Shown in pieces: positions 19,718 to 27,205 of a DNA stretch of 64,000 nucleotides. The number at the start of each line of letters is the position of its first letter. Position 1 is the stretch's first letter. Location of the stretch: the sequence record OZ196212.1. One strand, given 5' to 3'. The position numbers were made by a program, and so were the translations under genes. Under the pieces are notes generated by a model. That model saw nothing but the letters and a program-made list of their open reading frames with translations. It had not been told where the DNA came from and did no database searches.

Positions 19718-19930
19718 TTAATAGTTATGGCGTAACTTGCGATTGATCGTTTGATCAACAATCGTGGAGTACATCAAATGCTCTTTGTAATATTTCTCAT
19801 CAACTCGATTGCATTGAAATTGTCGAAAGTCTTTGCGCAGTCTCGCAATGAATTTATTCAGTGCTTTGCGAACTTTGCAGACTTCGTTTAATTCCATGTT
19901 TTTCAGTGTTTCTTCAGAAAGTATTTCCAT
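19718..19930 (-). CDS. hypothetical protein
   Basis: GAGG RBS, MEILSEE start. Confidence 0.6.
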   Translation of the reverse strand: MEILSEETLKNMELNEVCKVRKALNKFIARLRKDFRQFQCNRVDEKYYKEHLMYSTIVDQTINRKLRHNY

Positions 19931-20030
19931 GATTGTTACCTCTAGGTTATTAGACATAAAGGCGAGGTCGGGACTCGAACCCAAACATTGCACCATTCTC
20001 ACCATCGAGAAAGTTACACCATCTTACAGC

Positions 20031-20255
20031 TTAGTGTGCCATAGCTTGAAGTCTGCGCATACGATCACGCAGTTCAAGTTCAGATAAGTCTTCGACTTTC
20101 TCTTCCACTTTGAATTCTTCTACCGGCTCGCCGTCTTTCTTAGCATTGGGACCAATGTTATCCCACAATGGCGAGTTGTGCCACGCGTCTGAACATTGAT
20201 TACCCATACCGCGCCCTTGACGAGCACTTGATTTATCGTGAATTGATTTTGCCAT
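20031..20255 (-). CDS. hypothetical protein
   Basis: ORF coupled to 20255..20479. Confidence 0.6.
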   Translation of the reverse strand: MAKSIHDKSSARQGRGMGNQCSDAWHNSPLWDNIGPNAKKDGEPVEEFKVEEKVEDLSELELRDRMRRLQAMAH

Positions 20256-20479
20256 TATTCGTTTGACTTCTTAGTTACTTGTCGACCAACACCAACTGCG
20301 GCACCTACAGCAGCAGCACCGGCAGCTTTACCCGCTTTCTTAGCACCAGACTTGGCAGCAGACTTAGCACGATCTTTCACTGACGGCTTTTTCTTAGCAG
20401 GCTTTTTCTTGTCATCGGACGGCTTTTCTTTTTCTTCGTCTAACTGAGACATAAATTGATCAAATGTTTTGTCACTCAT
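20255..20479 (-). CDS. Lys/Ala-rich basic protein, probable internal head protein
   Basis: late TAAATA at 20507-20514, GGAG RBS, KTFDQFMSQLDEE leader. Confidence 0.6.
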   Translation of the reverse strand: MSDKTFDQFMSQLDEEKEKPSDDKKKPAKKKPSVKDRAKSAAKSGAKKAGKAAGAAAVGAAVGVGRQVTKKSNE

Positions 20480-20510
20480 GTGAGTTCTCCATTGTTGTAG
20501 TTAAATGTAT

Positions 20511-20891
20511 TTAGACAAACAACTTTCGGGATAGCTGCACATCGAATTCACGACGAAATGTACAACGCTCATCACCCATCAAAACATCATCAAGCGTAAA
20601 ACGCTGACGCTTACGAGAAGTCGCAGTTTCCATCCAACGCGTCATAGCGTCTTCTGTATCGAATTCTAAGCGTCTGCAACGCTGATTAGGTGCATTGTGT
20701 TGACTTCTATCGGTATACGTCTCATAGAGAAACATGCCGCGAACTAGAGCAGCATCAAGCGTGCTTCTGAACTTAACTGTCACGCCATCGATGTCATCGA
20801 ACGAACGCATAGTTAAAATCACAGTCGTGTCTTTTTCTTTAGCTATTCGCTTCATCTTCTCGATTGAAACTAGCTTTTCACTTTTGAACAT
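20511..20891 (-). CDS. hypothetical protein
   Basis: ORF track, 126 aa. Confidence 0.65.
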   Translation of the reverse strand: MFKSEKLVSIEKMKRIAKEKDTTVILTMRSFDDIDGVTVKFRSTLDAALVRGMFLYETYTDRSQHNAPNQRCRRLEFDTEDAMTRWMETATSRKRQRFTLDDVLMGDERCTFRREFDVQLSRKLFV

Positions 20892-20950
20892 ATATTGTAC
20901 CTTTCATTTCACTTTTCTTCAGCATACTGCATTTTCTAACCGACATAAAC

Positions 20951-20977
20951 AAAAAAACCCGCCTAAAGAGGCGGGTT
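20951..20977 (-). terminator. terminator ending the tRNA/ncRNA island
   Basis: AACCCGCC-TCTTTA-GGCGGGTTTTTTT. Confidence 0.85.
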
Positions 20978-20990
20978 CATCGTGCATAAA

Positions 20991-21182
20991 CAGACATTCG
21001 TGAACAGTTTTAAAGTCTTTCGCATTAATCACATTTGACTTTCATGTTTAACGATACATGAATCCCTACCAACAAGTTGATAGTCGTACCTTCGAGTTTA
21101 TTGCTTTAAGTCACCGAGAATGCGGCTATGCGTTACTCTATCTCTTATTTAAGTTTTGTTAGTTGGTTGCTGTACAATGTCT
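20991..21182 (-). ncRNA. structured RNA closed by a CAGCAA-motif stem (element A)
   Basis: AGACATT-GTACAGCAA...ACG-AATGTCT-G; internal hairpins. Confidence 0.65.
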
Positions 21183-21192
21183 TTGCAAAATT

Positions 21193-21281
21193 TGGCGGAG
21201 ATACTGGGAGTCGAACCCAGAGAACGCTATTAACGTCCGACACCTTAGCAGGGTGCTGTCATACCATTAGACCATATCTCC
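21193..21281 (-). tRNA. tRNA-Ser(GCT)
   Basis: cloverleaf, long variable arm, CCA. Confidence 0.95.
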
Positions 21282-21418
21282 AGTTCGGAATGCTGCTCTC
21301 ATTCTCAACTACATATTTGCTCTTATCGCTGCCGTGTAGTACGAGCTTCGCAGGTTCGCTTTCGATAATTTTAAGAGCAGGGCGACTCATACCAACTCTA
21401 TTCAAGCGAACTTGAATT

Positions 21419-21496
21419 TGGTGCCCAACCCGAGATTCGAACTCGGAACTTCTAGCGTTTGAAACTAGCGACTCTGCCAGATTGGCCTAGTTGGGC
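21419..21496 (-). tRNA. tRNA-Leu(CAA), short variable arm
   Basis: cloverleaf, CCA. Confidence 0.9.
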
Positions 21497-21502
21497 AATG
21501 TT

Positions 21503-21579
21503 TGGTACGCGTGGGCGGATTCGAACCGCCATCCCTGAGATTTTAAGCCTCATGCCTCTGCCAATTGGACCACACGCGC
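21503..21579 (-). tRNA. tRNA-Leu(TAA)
   Basis: cloverleaf, CCA. Confidence 0.93.
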
Positions 21580-21581
21580 AT

Positions 21582-21655
21582 TGGAGCTCGTACACAGAAT
21601 CGAACTGTGACCAAGTGATTTGCAATCACTTATACTACCGTTATACGATACGAGC
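21582..21655 (-). tRNA. tRNA-Cys(GCA)
   Basis: cloverleaf, U73, CCA. Confidence 0.93.
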
Positions 21656-21665
21656 AAATGTACTT

Positions 21666-21742
21666 TGGGGTGACAGACGGGGATCGAACCCGCATTTTCC
21701 GGAATCACAACCCGGAGGTATTTCCACTTCACCCACTGCCAC
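21666..21742 (-). tRNA. tRNA-His(GTG)
   Basis: cloverleaf, C73, CCA. Confidence 0.92.
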
Positions 21743-21813
21743 ACCAAAGTACACTCTGGGACATATAACGTTTATCAACCGGACTCATTTACGTGGGTCA
21801 TTCGAGCAAAGCA

Positions 21814-22059
21814 CTACTTTGCTAGTAAGTTTTCTTTCTTGAGATATATACTATCACTTGAGAGTTCGCGAGTAAACATATTTCTGAAATAAATTTGCAC
21901 ATCGTCTTCAGTCGTGTTCGACTCAATTTTCTGCGCTAATTCGAGAATTTTGCTTCGCTTGTATCCCTTTCGCCAACAGTCAAACATCAGTTTGTCCATT
22001 TCTTTCAGTTTTTCGACCTGATTCGAGTGTACATATTCGCGTGTTTCAAGTAATGACAT
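21814..22059 (-). CDS. hypothetical protein
   Basis: MSLLETRE start; the longer track ORF overlaps tRNA-Val. Confidence 0.6.
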   Translation of the reverse strand: MSLLETREYVHSNQVEKLKEMDKLMFDCWRKGYKRSKILELAQKIESNTTEDDVQIYFRNMFTRELSSDSIYLKKENLLAK

Positions 22060-22079
22060 AGTATATTGCTCATAAAGAA

Positions 22080-22154
22080 TGGTAGTCCCTGAGAATTTCG
22101 AAATCTCGACCTTCGCCATGTAAAAGCGGTGCTCTGCCTCTGAGCTAAGGGACT
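22080..22154 (-). tRNA. tRNA-Val(TAC)
   Basis: cloverleaf, CCA. Confidence 0.9.
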
Positions 22155-22159
22155 ATAAT

Positions 22160-22235
22160 TGGAACGTGTAACGAGATTCGAACTCGTACCTTCGGTTTGG
22201 AAGACCGTAATGCTACCGTTAAACACCATACACGC
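22160..22235 (-). tRNA. tRNA-Gly(TCC)
   Basis: cloverleaf, U73, CCA. Confidence 0.93.
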
Positions 22236-22527
22236 ATTGTTAATCAGACGCATTGAACAAGTCTTGAATTGCTTTCAAGTTGCTCAACTCTACTTCAAGT
22301 GTTCTTATAAAGAACGGGTTAGTCTCTACAGAGAGACGATATTCAACATCGCGAATGAATCGACCGATGTTGCCCTTGCTTAGTGTAAAGTAGTCATGCT
22401 TCTTTCTCTTCGTTTGAGGTTAGAATTAGATGAACGTGTTCGTTAACTTCTTGCTCAATCTGCCATTGTTCATAGACATATTCAGCATACAAAAGTGTTT
22501 CGTACATAATTCACCTTTCTTAAAATG

Positions 22528-22604
22528 TGGTAGTGACTCTGAGGTTCGAACTCAGTACCAGCGGCGTATGAAACCACGACTTTACCATCATAAGCTAAGT
22601 CACC
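22528..22604 (-). tRNA. tRNA-Met(CAT), elongator-like
   Basis: cloverleaf, CCA. Confidence 0.85.
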
Positions 22605-22608
22605 AAAG

Positions 22609-23045
22609 CAGATATTAACGTATTTAATCAGCACACGGGCTTGACACCACATTGTTTGTGGTCTACGTGAAGAACCTCTGCACAACAATCCCGCTCTAAT
22701 TGCGTTATGTGGTGACTGTCACGAGGAATCTAGTCTTCTTTAAGTGCCTTTCGGCTGTAATAAAGTACAGACAATAACGAAGTGTTTTTTCGTCTTTTAC
22801 ATAAATCGCAGTTGACTATCTTGTTACTCTAACAAGCAAGTATCGACTACCTCAGCGTCGCGCCTAGACTGTGTATTTCTACACGCCACATCTTTCGTTA
22901 CAAGTCTCGACCTAGCACGTTGTTGCTGTGCTGAACGTCTCGAACCCACGCTAAGACCTAATCATTGTTTTAGTAGATTAGTAGTTTGGTTGCTGCATAT
23001 TGTCTTACGTGACAGTCAAACACACAATGCCGAAACAATATGCCG
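22609..23045 (-). ncRNA. large nested structured RNA containing a YrlA-like module (element B, 22768-23005)
   Basis: AGACAATA/TATTGTCT stem with GCAGCAA; 10-bp inverted repeat 23008-23017/22714-22723; T-loop GGTTCGAG. Confidence 0.55.
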
Positions 23046-23100
23046 AGACGTTCACGCTCTTATTTTTCAAGTTCACACTATCGTAGTGACTCTCGTGATA

Positions 23101-23176
23101 TGGCATCCCCAGAAAGATTTGAACTTTCAACCCCGAATTTAGAAGATTCGTGCTCTTCCAATTGAGCTATGAGGAC
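23101..23176 (-). tRNA. tRNA-Arg(TCT)
   Basis: cloverleaf, CCA. Confidence 0.9.
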
Positions 23177-23252
23177 ATCAATAAGATTCGAACCATAAGA
23201 TCTTGTGACACGATGGTAGTAAAGAGAGTGTCTATCTCATGTGTTCGAAATT

Positions 23253-23328
23253 TGGTGGAGCTTGAGGGTTACGATCCCTCTACTTCTCCGTGCAAGGGAG
23301 ATGTTTTACCGATTAGCACTAAAGCCCC
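23253..23328 (-). tRNA. tRNA-Ala(TGC)
   Basis: G3:U70; atypical T-loop ATCGTAA. Confidence 0.9.
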
Positions 23329-23335
23329 AAATTGT

Positions 23336-23548
23336 CTATTTTAACTCTGTGACGCCTATATTTTTCCAATCAAACAGACCATCGACATCTTCAAGCGATT
23401 CGCCAGTCACGTCTGCAATATAAGCAGCGACTTTCGATTCGATTTCGTCATTACTTAGAGACTCATCAACAGTGAAAATCTCTTCGTTGTTATTACCACC
23501 GAATGTGCCGTTAATGTCGTATTCACACCAAACTGATATGTATTTCAT
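23336..23548 (-). CDS. hypothetical acidic protein
   Basis: 70-aa ORF between tRNAs. Confidence 0.65.
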   Translation of the reverse strand: MKYISVWCEYDINGTFGGNNNEEIFTVDESLSNDEIESKVAAYIADVTGESLEDVDGLFDWKNIGVTELK

Positions 23549-23573
23549 AATGTCTCACAAAGTTAATAAAATA

Positions 23574-23648
23574 TGGTGCTCCCGGACAGACTCGAACTGC
23601 CATAACCTGATTACAAAACAGGGATAATCGCCTTTATATTACGGGAGC
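23574..23648 (-). tRNA. tRNA-Thr(TGT)
   Basis: cloverleaf, U31:U39 mismatch, CCA. Confidence 0.85.
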
Positions 23649-23652
23649 GAAA

Positions 23653-23764
23653 CTGAGTGTCGTTTATACCGCGTCTCCAAGACCTGAGATACCAACTCAG
23701 CATGGGATTCGAACCCACCGACGTTTCTTGTATCGAAAGAAATTTTAAATTGCTGTAAACACTC
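23653..23764 (-). ncRNA. circularly permuted tRNA mimic (YrlA-like, element D)
   Basis: GAGTGT-TTACAGCAA...T arm GTGGG-TTCGAAT-CCCAT, then CTGAG/CTCAG hairpin...ACG-ACACTC-AG. Confidence 0.7.
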
Positions 23765-23773
23765 TTAGTATTT

Positions 23774-23847
23774 TGGCTGGGGATAACGGACTCGAACCGA
23801 TACTGCGAAAGTCAAAGTTTCGTATGCTGCCATTACATCAATCCCCT
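23774..23847 (-). tRNA. tRNA-Gln(TTG)
   Basis: cloverleaf, unpaired 1:72, CCA. Confidence 0.9.
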
Positions 23848-23855
23848 ATTGTTCT

Positions 23856-24080
23856 TTAGCGACTCGAATTGATCTCATCGATCATTCGTTTAGCTAGTTT
23901 CGTAGCTAGTGCTTTATCAGCATCGCCAGTTGTTTCTATGTCGTATGCAATTTTACTCACATACTTTGAGTCTAGCGCACCCGCTGATTGTTTAGACCAG
24001 TGATCCTTGACTTTCTGATATTTCGTCATGTCAATCGAATCTTTTGTCGCTTCACCCAAAAATTCTGCTAATGTTTTCAT
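23856..24080 (-). CDS. internal head protein-like, with capsid-targeting sequence
   Basis: MKTLAEFLGEA; perfect TATAAATA at 24110-24117. Confidence 0.75.
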   Translation of the reverse strand: MKTLAEFLGEATKDSIDMTKYQKVKDHWSKQSAGALDSKYVSKIAYDIETTGDADKALATKLAKRMIDEINSSR

Positions 24081-24119
24081 ATCTCTATTCTTATTAAAGT
24101 GTAAAAACATATTTATATG

Positions 24120-24269
24120 CAAGATAACATACACGACGGCGTAAGTAGTCGTTCTTATGTTTAGACTAGAAATCCACGTCACATCATTAATGCTATAATT
24201 GCGCCACTCTCTACTATGAATATGTTATGCATTATTCATGCAGACTCTTCTTGCGCTGTAAATTATCTT
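24120..24269 (-). ncRNA. structured RNA with variant motif (element E)
   Basis: AAGATAA-TTTACAGCG...TTATCTT-G; starts right after the tRNA-Asp CCA. Confidence 0.45.
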
Positions 24270-24345
24270 TGGCGGAACTGACGGGGCTCGAACCCGCTTC
24301 CTTCTCCGTGACAGGGAGGTATGCACCCAGTTACACCTCAGCTCC
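24270..24345 (-). tRNA. tRNA-Asp(GTC)
   Basis: cloverleaf, CCA. Confidence 0.92.
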
Positions 24346-24366
24346 CCAAAGATAACTCTTTGTATT

Positions 24367-24439
24367 AAGACACTGTAATCGTTTGGTTTTTTTCTTCAAA
24401 TAAAAAATACTGGTTTGTTTGCAGAATGATTACTATCTT
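24367..24439 (-). ncRNA. minimal motif RNA (element F)
   Basis: AAGATA-GTAATC-ATTCTGCAAAC...ACG-ATTAC-AG-TGTCTT. Confidence 0.55.
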
Positions 24440-24444
24440 AAATC

Positions 24445-24520
24445 TGGCAGGGACACTCAGATTCGAACTGAGACCAACGGGTTTGGAATCCGTCATGCTG
24501 CCATTAAACACCATGTCCCT
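24445..24520 (-). tRNA. tRNA-Trp(CCA)
   Basis: cloverleaf, CCA end. Confidence 0.9.
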
Positions 24521-24568
24521 ATTGCGTATGAGGTGGCTTAAATCAGTGGTCACTCTCACGCTAAAATT

Positions 24569-24642
24569 TGGTACTCACGAAGAGAATCGAACTCTTATCT
24601 GACGGTTATCAGCCGTCTGCTTTACCGTTAAGCTACGCGAGT
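24569..24642 (-). tRNA. tRNA-Ile(GAT)
   Basis: cloverleaf, CCA. Confidence 0.93.
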
Positions 24643-24707
24643 AAAGTACGCTCGAAAGCGCACAATGTTAATCGGTTAAGTGACTAGCTCGACCAATGTA
24701 ACATATT

Positions 24708-24800
24708 TGGAGGAAGATAACGGAGTCGAACCGTCACCGCGCTACTAACGCAATGGGCTGGTTTTCAAGACCAGTTGCGAACCACATCGCCCTATCTTCC
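24708..24800 (-). tRNA. tRNA-Ser(TGA)
   Basis: cloverleaf, long variable arm. Confidence 0.92.
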
Positions 24801-24805
24801 TTTAA

Positions 24806-25054
24806 TTACTTATGTCGTCCCCAATACATCTTATCAAAGCTGTTTAGGTATTCTTCGACTTTAGCTACATCAGCCGCACTAACAACCCATTCGTTGTCTT
24901 GAGTCGTGCGTTTATTCGCAGGAACTGCTTTAGCGCCTAATTTAGCCATTGTGTTTCTGTGTCGTTCGCGATCCATTGATCCACTAAAAAGTGAGCCAGA
25001 TACGCCGTACGTAACGTCCGTTGCTTCTGCAAGAAACTCTTGTAAAGTTTTCAT
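24806..25054 (-). CDS. internal head protein-like, with capsid-targeting sequence
   Basis: MKTLQEFLAEA (T4 IPII/IPIII: MKTYQEFIAE); CTAAATAT at 25079-25086. Confidence 0.8.
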   Translation of the reverse strand: MKTLQEFLAEATDVTYGVSGSLFSGSMDRERHRNTMAKLGAKAVPANKRTTQDNEWVVSAADVAKVEEYLNSFDKMYWGRHK

Positions 25055-25098
25055 GTTTTCCACCATTGTCTTAAAACAATATTTAGACGTTTAAAAAT

Positions 25099-25175
25099 TG
25101 GATGCGTGGGAGTGGATTCGAACCACTGACCTCCGGCTTATGAGACCGACGAGCTGACCGCTGCTCTACCCCGCA
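25099..25175 (-). tRNA. tRNA-Met(CAT), fMet-like with irregular acceptor stem
   Basis: TGCGGGG/CCCACGCA with an extra A; CAT anticodon. Confidence 0.75.
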
Positions 25176-25179
25176 ATTA

Positions 25180-25365
25180 TTACTTACTGAACTGCACTAC
25201 ACAAGTATCTGATTGATACACTATCGTGCCAGTTGCTTCCGCGTCTATTTGAACGATGCAGCCATTTGCCCCATCTTCACCGCGTGATGCTACATCTTTA
25301 ATCGAAATGCCACTTGAACAAGCTGTCAATGACAGTGCAAGTGCTAATGCTGCTATTGCTTTCAT
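25180..25365 (-). CDS. small lipoprotein
   Basis: MKAIAALALALSLTA-C signal peptide and lipobox. Confidence 0.75.
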   Translation of the reverse strand: MKAIAALALALSLTACSSGISIKDVASRGEDGANGCIVQIDAEATGTIVYQSDTCVVQFSK

Positions 25366-25381
25366 GATGTTCACCTTAATT

Positions 25382-25468
25382 TGGTGGTTCGCCTAGGACT
25401 CGAACCTAGAAGCCCGTTCAAGGGCGAGGGATTTACAATCCCCTGACTTACCATTAGTCTAACGAACC
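25382..25468 (-). tRNA. tRNA-Tyr(GTA)
   Basis: cloverleaf, long variable arm. Confidence 0.93.
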
Positions 25469-25474
25469 AGAATT

Positions 25475-25548
25475 TGGTACTCCGTACGGGAGTCGAACCC
25501 GTCCCTTTAGATTGAAAGTCTAACGATCTACCAATAATCTAACGGAGC
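25475..25548 (-). tRNA. tRNA-Glu(TTC)
   Basis: cloverleaf, CCA. Confidence 0.92.
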
Positions 25549-25672
25549 ATTGAAAAATTATTTATTAGCAAACTAGCAAGTTATCTGAGATAATCATTTA
25601 ACGGGCCCAGCTAGTAAACTAATAGATAATTTCTCATCTAGAGATAGTTTAGTGACTTCTCAACGGTCAATT

Positions 25673-25747
25673 TGGTGCGTCGCCTGAGATTCGAACTCAG
25701 ACTTTTCTGGTTAAAAGCCAGATGTACTACCATTATACGAACGACGC
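25673..25747 (-). tRNA. tRNA-Lys(TTT)
   Basis: cloverleaf, CCA. Confidence 0.93.
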
Positions 25748-25753
25748 ATTAAC

Positions 25754-25828
25754 TGGTGCACCCTCTCGGAATCGAACCGAGCACTGTGGGACTTCACTCC
25801 ACCGCTTTTCCTGATAAGCTAAGGGTAC
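25754..25828 (-). tRNA. tRNA-Phe(GAA), atypical anticodon loop
   Basis: loop GT-GAA-GT; CCA. Confidence 0.8.
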
Positions 25829-25834
25829 TTTATT

Positions 25835-25909
25835 TGGCGGACGTGGAGAATTTCGAAATCTCGACCCCGGTGTTAACAGCACCGCGCTCTGCCTCTGAGC
25901 TACACATCC
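25835..25909 (-). tRNA. tRNA-Asn(GTT)
   Basis: cloverleaf, G73, CCA. Confidence 0.93.
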
Positions 25910-25914
25910 AAATT

Positions 25915-25991
25915 TGGTACGCAGAGAGAGATTCGAACTCTCAACTCCTAGTTTCTAAGACTAGCGGCTCTGCCAATTGGCCTACCTGCGC
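25915..25991 (-). tRNA. tRNA-Leu(TAG)
   Basis: cloverleaf, CCA. Confidence 0.92.
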
Positions 25992-26004
25992 ACTGTGTAA
26001 ATAA

Positions 26005-26079
26005 TGGTCGGAGTAGAAGAATTCGAATCTTCACCGCTCGGCCCCAAACCGACTATGCTGCCATTAACACCATACTCCG
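26005..26079 (-). tRNA. tRNA-Pro(TGG)
   Basis: cloverleaf, CCA. Confidence 0.92.
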
Positions 26080-26107
26080 AAAAACTTTTGTAGAACTTCG
26101 TTCTTAC

Positions 26108-26302
26108 ATTGTACATGATGTTTTCTTCGTTGTAAACATCTTTTTTGAAAAACTTTTCGTTCGTTTTCGAACGTTTAAATGCTTTTCTCTATTGTACATG
26201 ATGTTTTCGTCATTGTAAACATCTTTTTTTAAATCTTTTTGAATGACTTAACGTTTTTGTTTTAACACGTTAATCATATCACTCGTTTACGACTCGTTAA
26301 AC
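26108..26302 (-). promoter_or_regulatory. three tandem sigma70-like early promoters driving the left tRNA block
   Basis: TTTACA-N17-TACAAT at 26136-26108 and 26219-26191 with A-tract UP elements; TTTAAC-N17-TATGAT near 26300. Confidence 0.8.
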
Positions 26303-26378
26303 ACTTATTTGTGAATAATTTCGTTAAATTCTATCATCGCGACAGTAGATAACGAGACACGGTCCTAAACGTATCGTT

Positions 26379-26454
26379 TGGCACTCGATATAAGATTCGA
26401 ACTTATAACCTGCGCCTTCGTAGGACGCTGCTCTTCCAATTGAGCTAATCGAGC
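26379..26454 (-). tRNA. tRNA-Arg(ACG)
   Basis: cloverleaf, CCA. Confidence 0.93.
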
Positions 26455-26537
26455 ATTAAAGCTTGTTTGCTTTCTTTGTTTATCATACTCTGCTTTGAAA
26501 GCATGTTAAACAAAGAATTTCAGTTTATTTCGCCCAT

Positions 26538-26563
26538 AAAAAAGGACGCTAATCTGCGTCCTC
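26538..26563 (-). terminator. intrinsic terminator
   Basis: AGGACGC-AGATTA-GCGTCCTTTTTT. Confidence 0.75.
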
Positions 26564-26823
26564 AAGTATACTTCTATGTTATACTTTCGGACTACATTCG
26601 TGGATCCCATTTCTGGTTGCCAAACGTCGGATTCGCCAGATATACCGATACTGAGCTAAAGCGCATTTCGCTTCGTAAAATCTCAATATGTGTATTAGAA
26701 TGTGGCATCGTGGCTCTCTTTTCGAACGTAAAAATTGTTGTTTTGTTTTTTCTATAATTGTACTTATAAGACTAAAATCGAGGTTTCGTGCGTTTTTTGC
26801 AAAAAACCTCGAAAAAAGTGAAA

Positions 26824-27063
26824 TTATTTTTTAAAGTGCTTTCTTTTATTGCACTCAGCTAAGATTTCATTGTCATAATGATTCTGAAGCTGCTTGAATT
26901 TCTTGTGCTGATCTGGCGTTAGCTCATTCTCATCACGAAGATTTTTCAAGAACCCAAGAGGTTTACGAAACGACTTGCGATACGAGTCTAAACGCTGATC
27001 AGTCAAACCGACTAGTTGTTTAGGCGTTAGCAATGTCTTATTAATGTCAAAGTTCTTACTCAT
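26824..27063 (-). CDS. hypothetical basic protein
   Basis: 79-aa ORF with AAGGGG RBS. Confidence 0.65.
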   Translation of the reverse strand: MSKNFDINKTLLTPKQLVGLTDQRLDSYRKSFRKPLGFLKNLRDENELTPDQHKKFKQLQNHYDNEILAECNKRKHFKK

Positions 27064-27085
27064 GTGTTACCCCTTGTATTGAAAT

Positions 27086-27200
27086 TGGCTGACCGATGCG
27101 GGACTCGAACCCACGACCACGTGCTTAACAGGCAATTAGAAATGCGGTAGCGATACTTATCAATATCATTTACGTGCTCTACCACTGAGCTAATCGGTCA
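27086..27200 (-). tRNA. tRNA-Asn(GTT)-like RNA with a 38-nt insertion in the anticodon stem
   Basis: D arm, intact CT-GTT-AA loop, T arm, GCCA; insert 27134-27171. Confidence 0.75.
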
Positions 27201-27205
27201 ATTGT

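Noticed and set aside
22240-22400. Programmed frameshift in a small inter-tRNA ORF
   Set aside because: A coupled ATG stops after 5 codons while another frame stays open. With no slippery site visible, a decayed gene or sequence error is more likely.
26565-26720. Pseudo-tRNA or motif RNA
   Set aside because: Only a TAGCTCAG fragment and GGCAACC are present; no consistent fold was found.
21128-26757. Track ORFs overlapping tRNAs (e.g. 21128..21415, 21459..21842, 22005..22253, 25756..26004)
   Set aside because: They are shadow ORFs across RNA genes with no RBS or protein-like composition.
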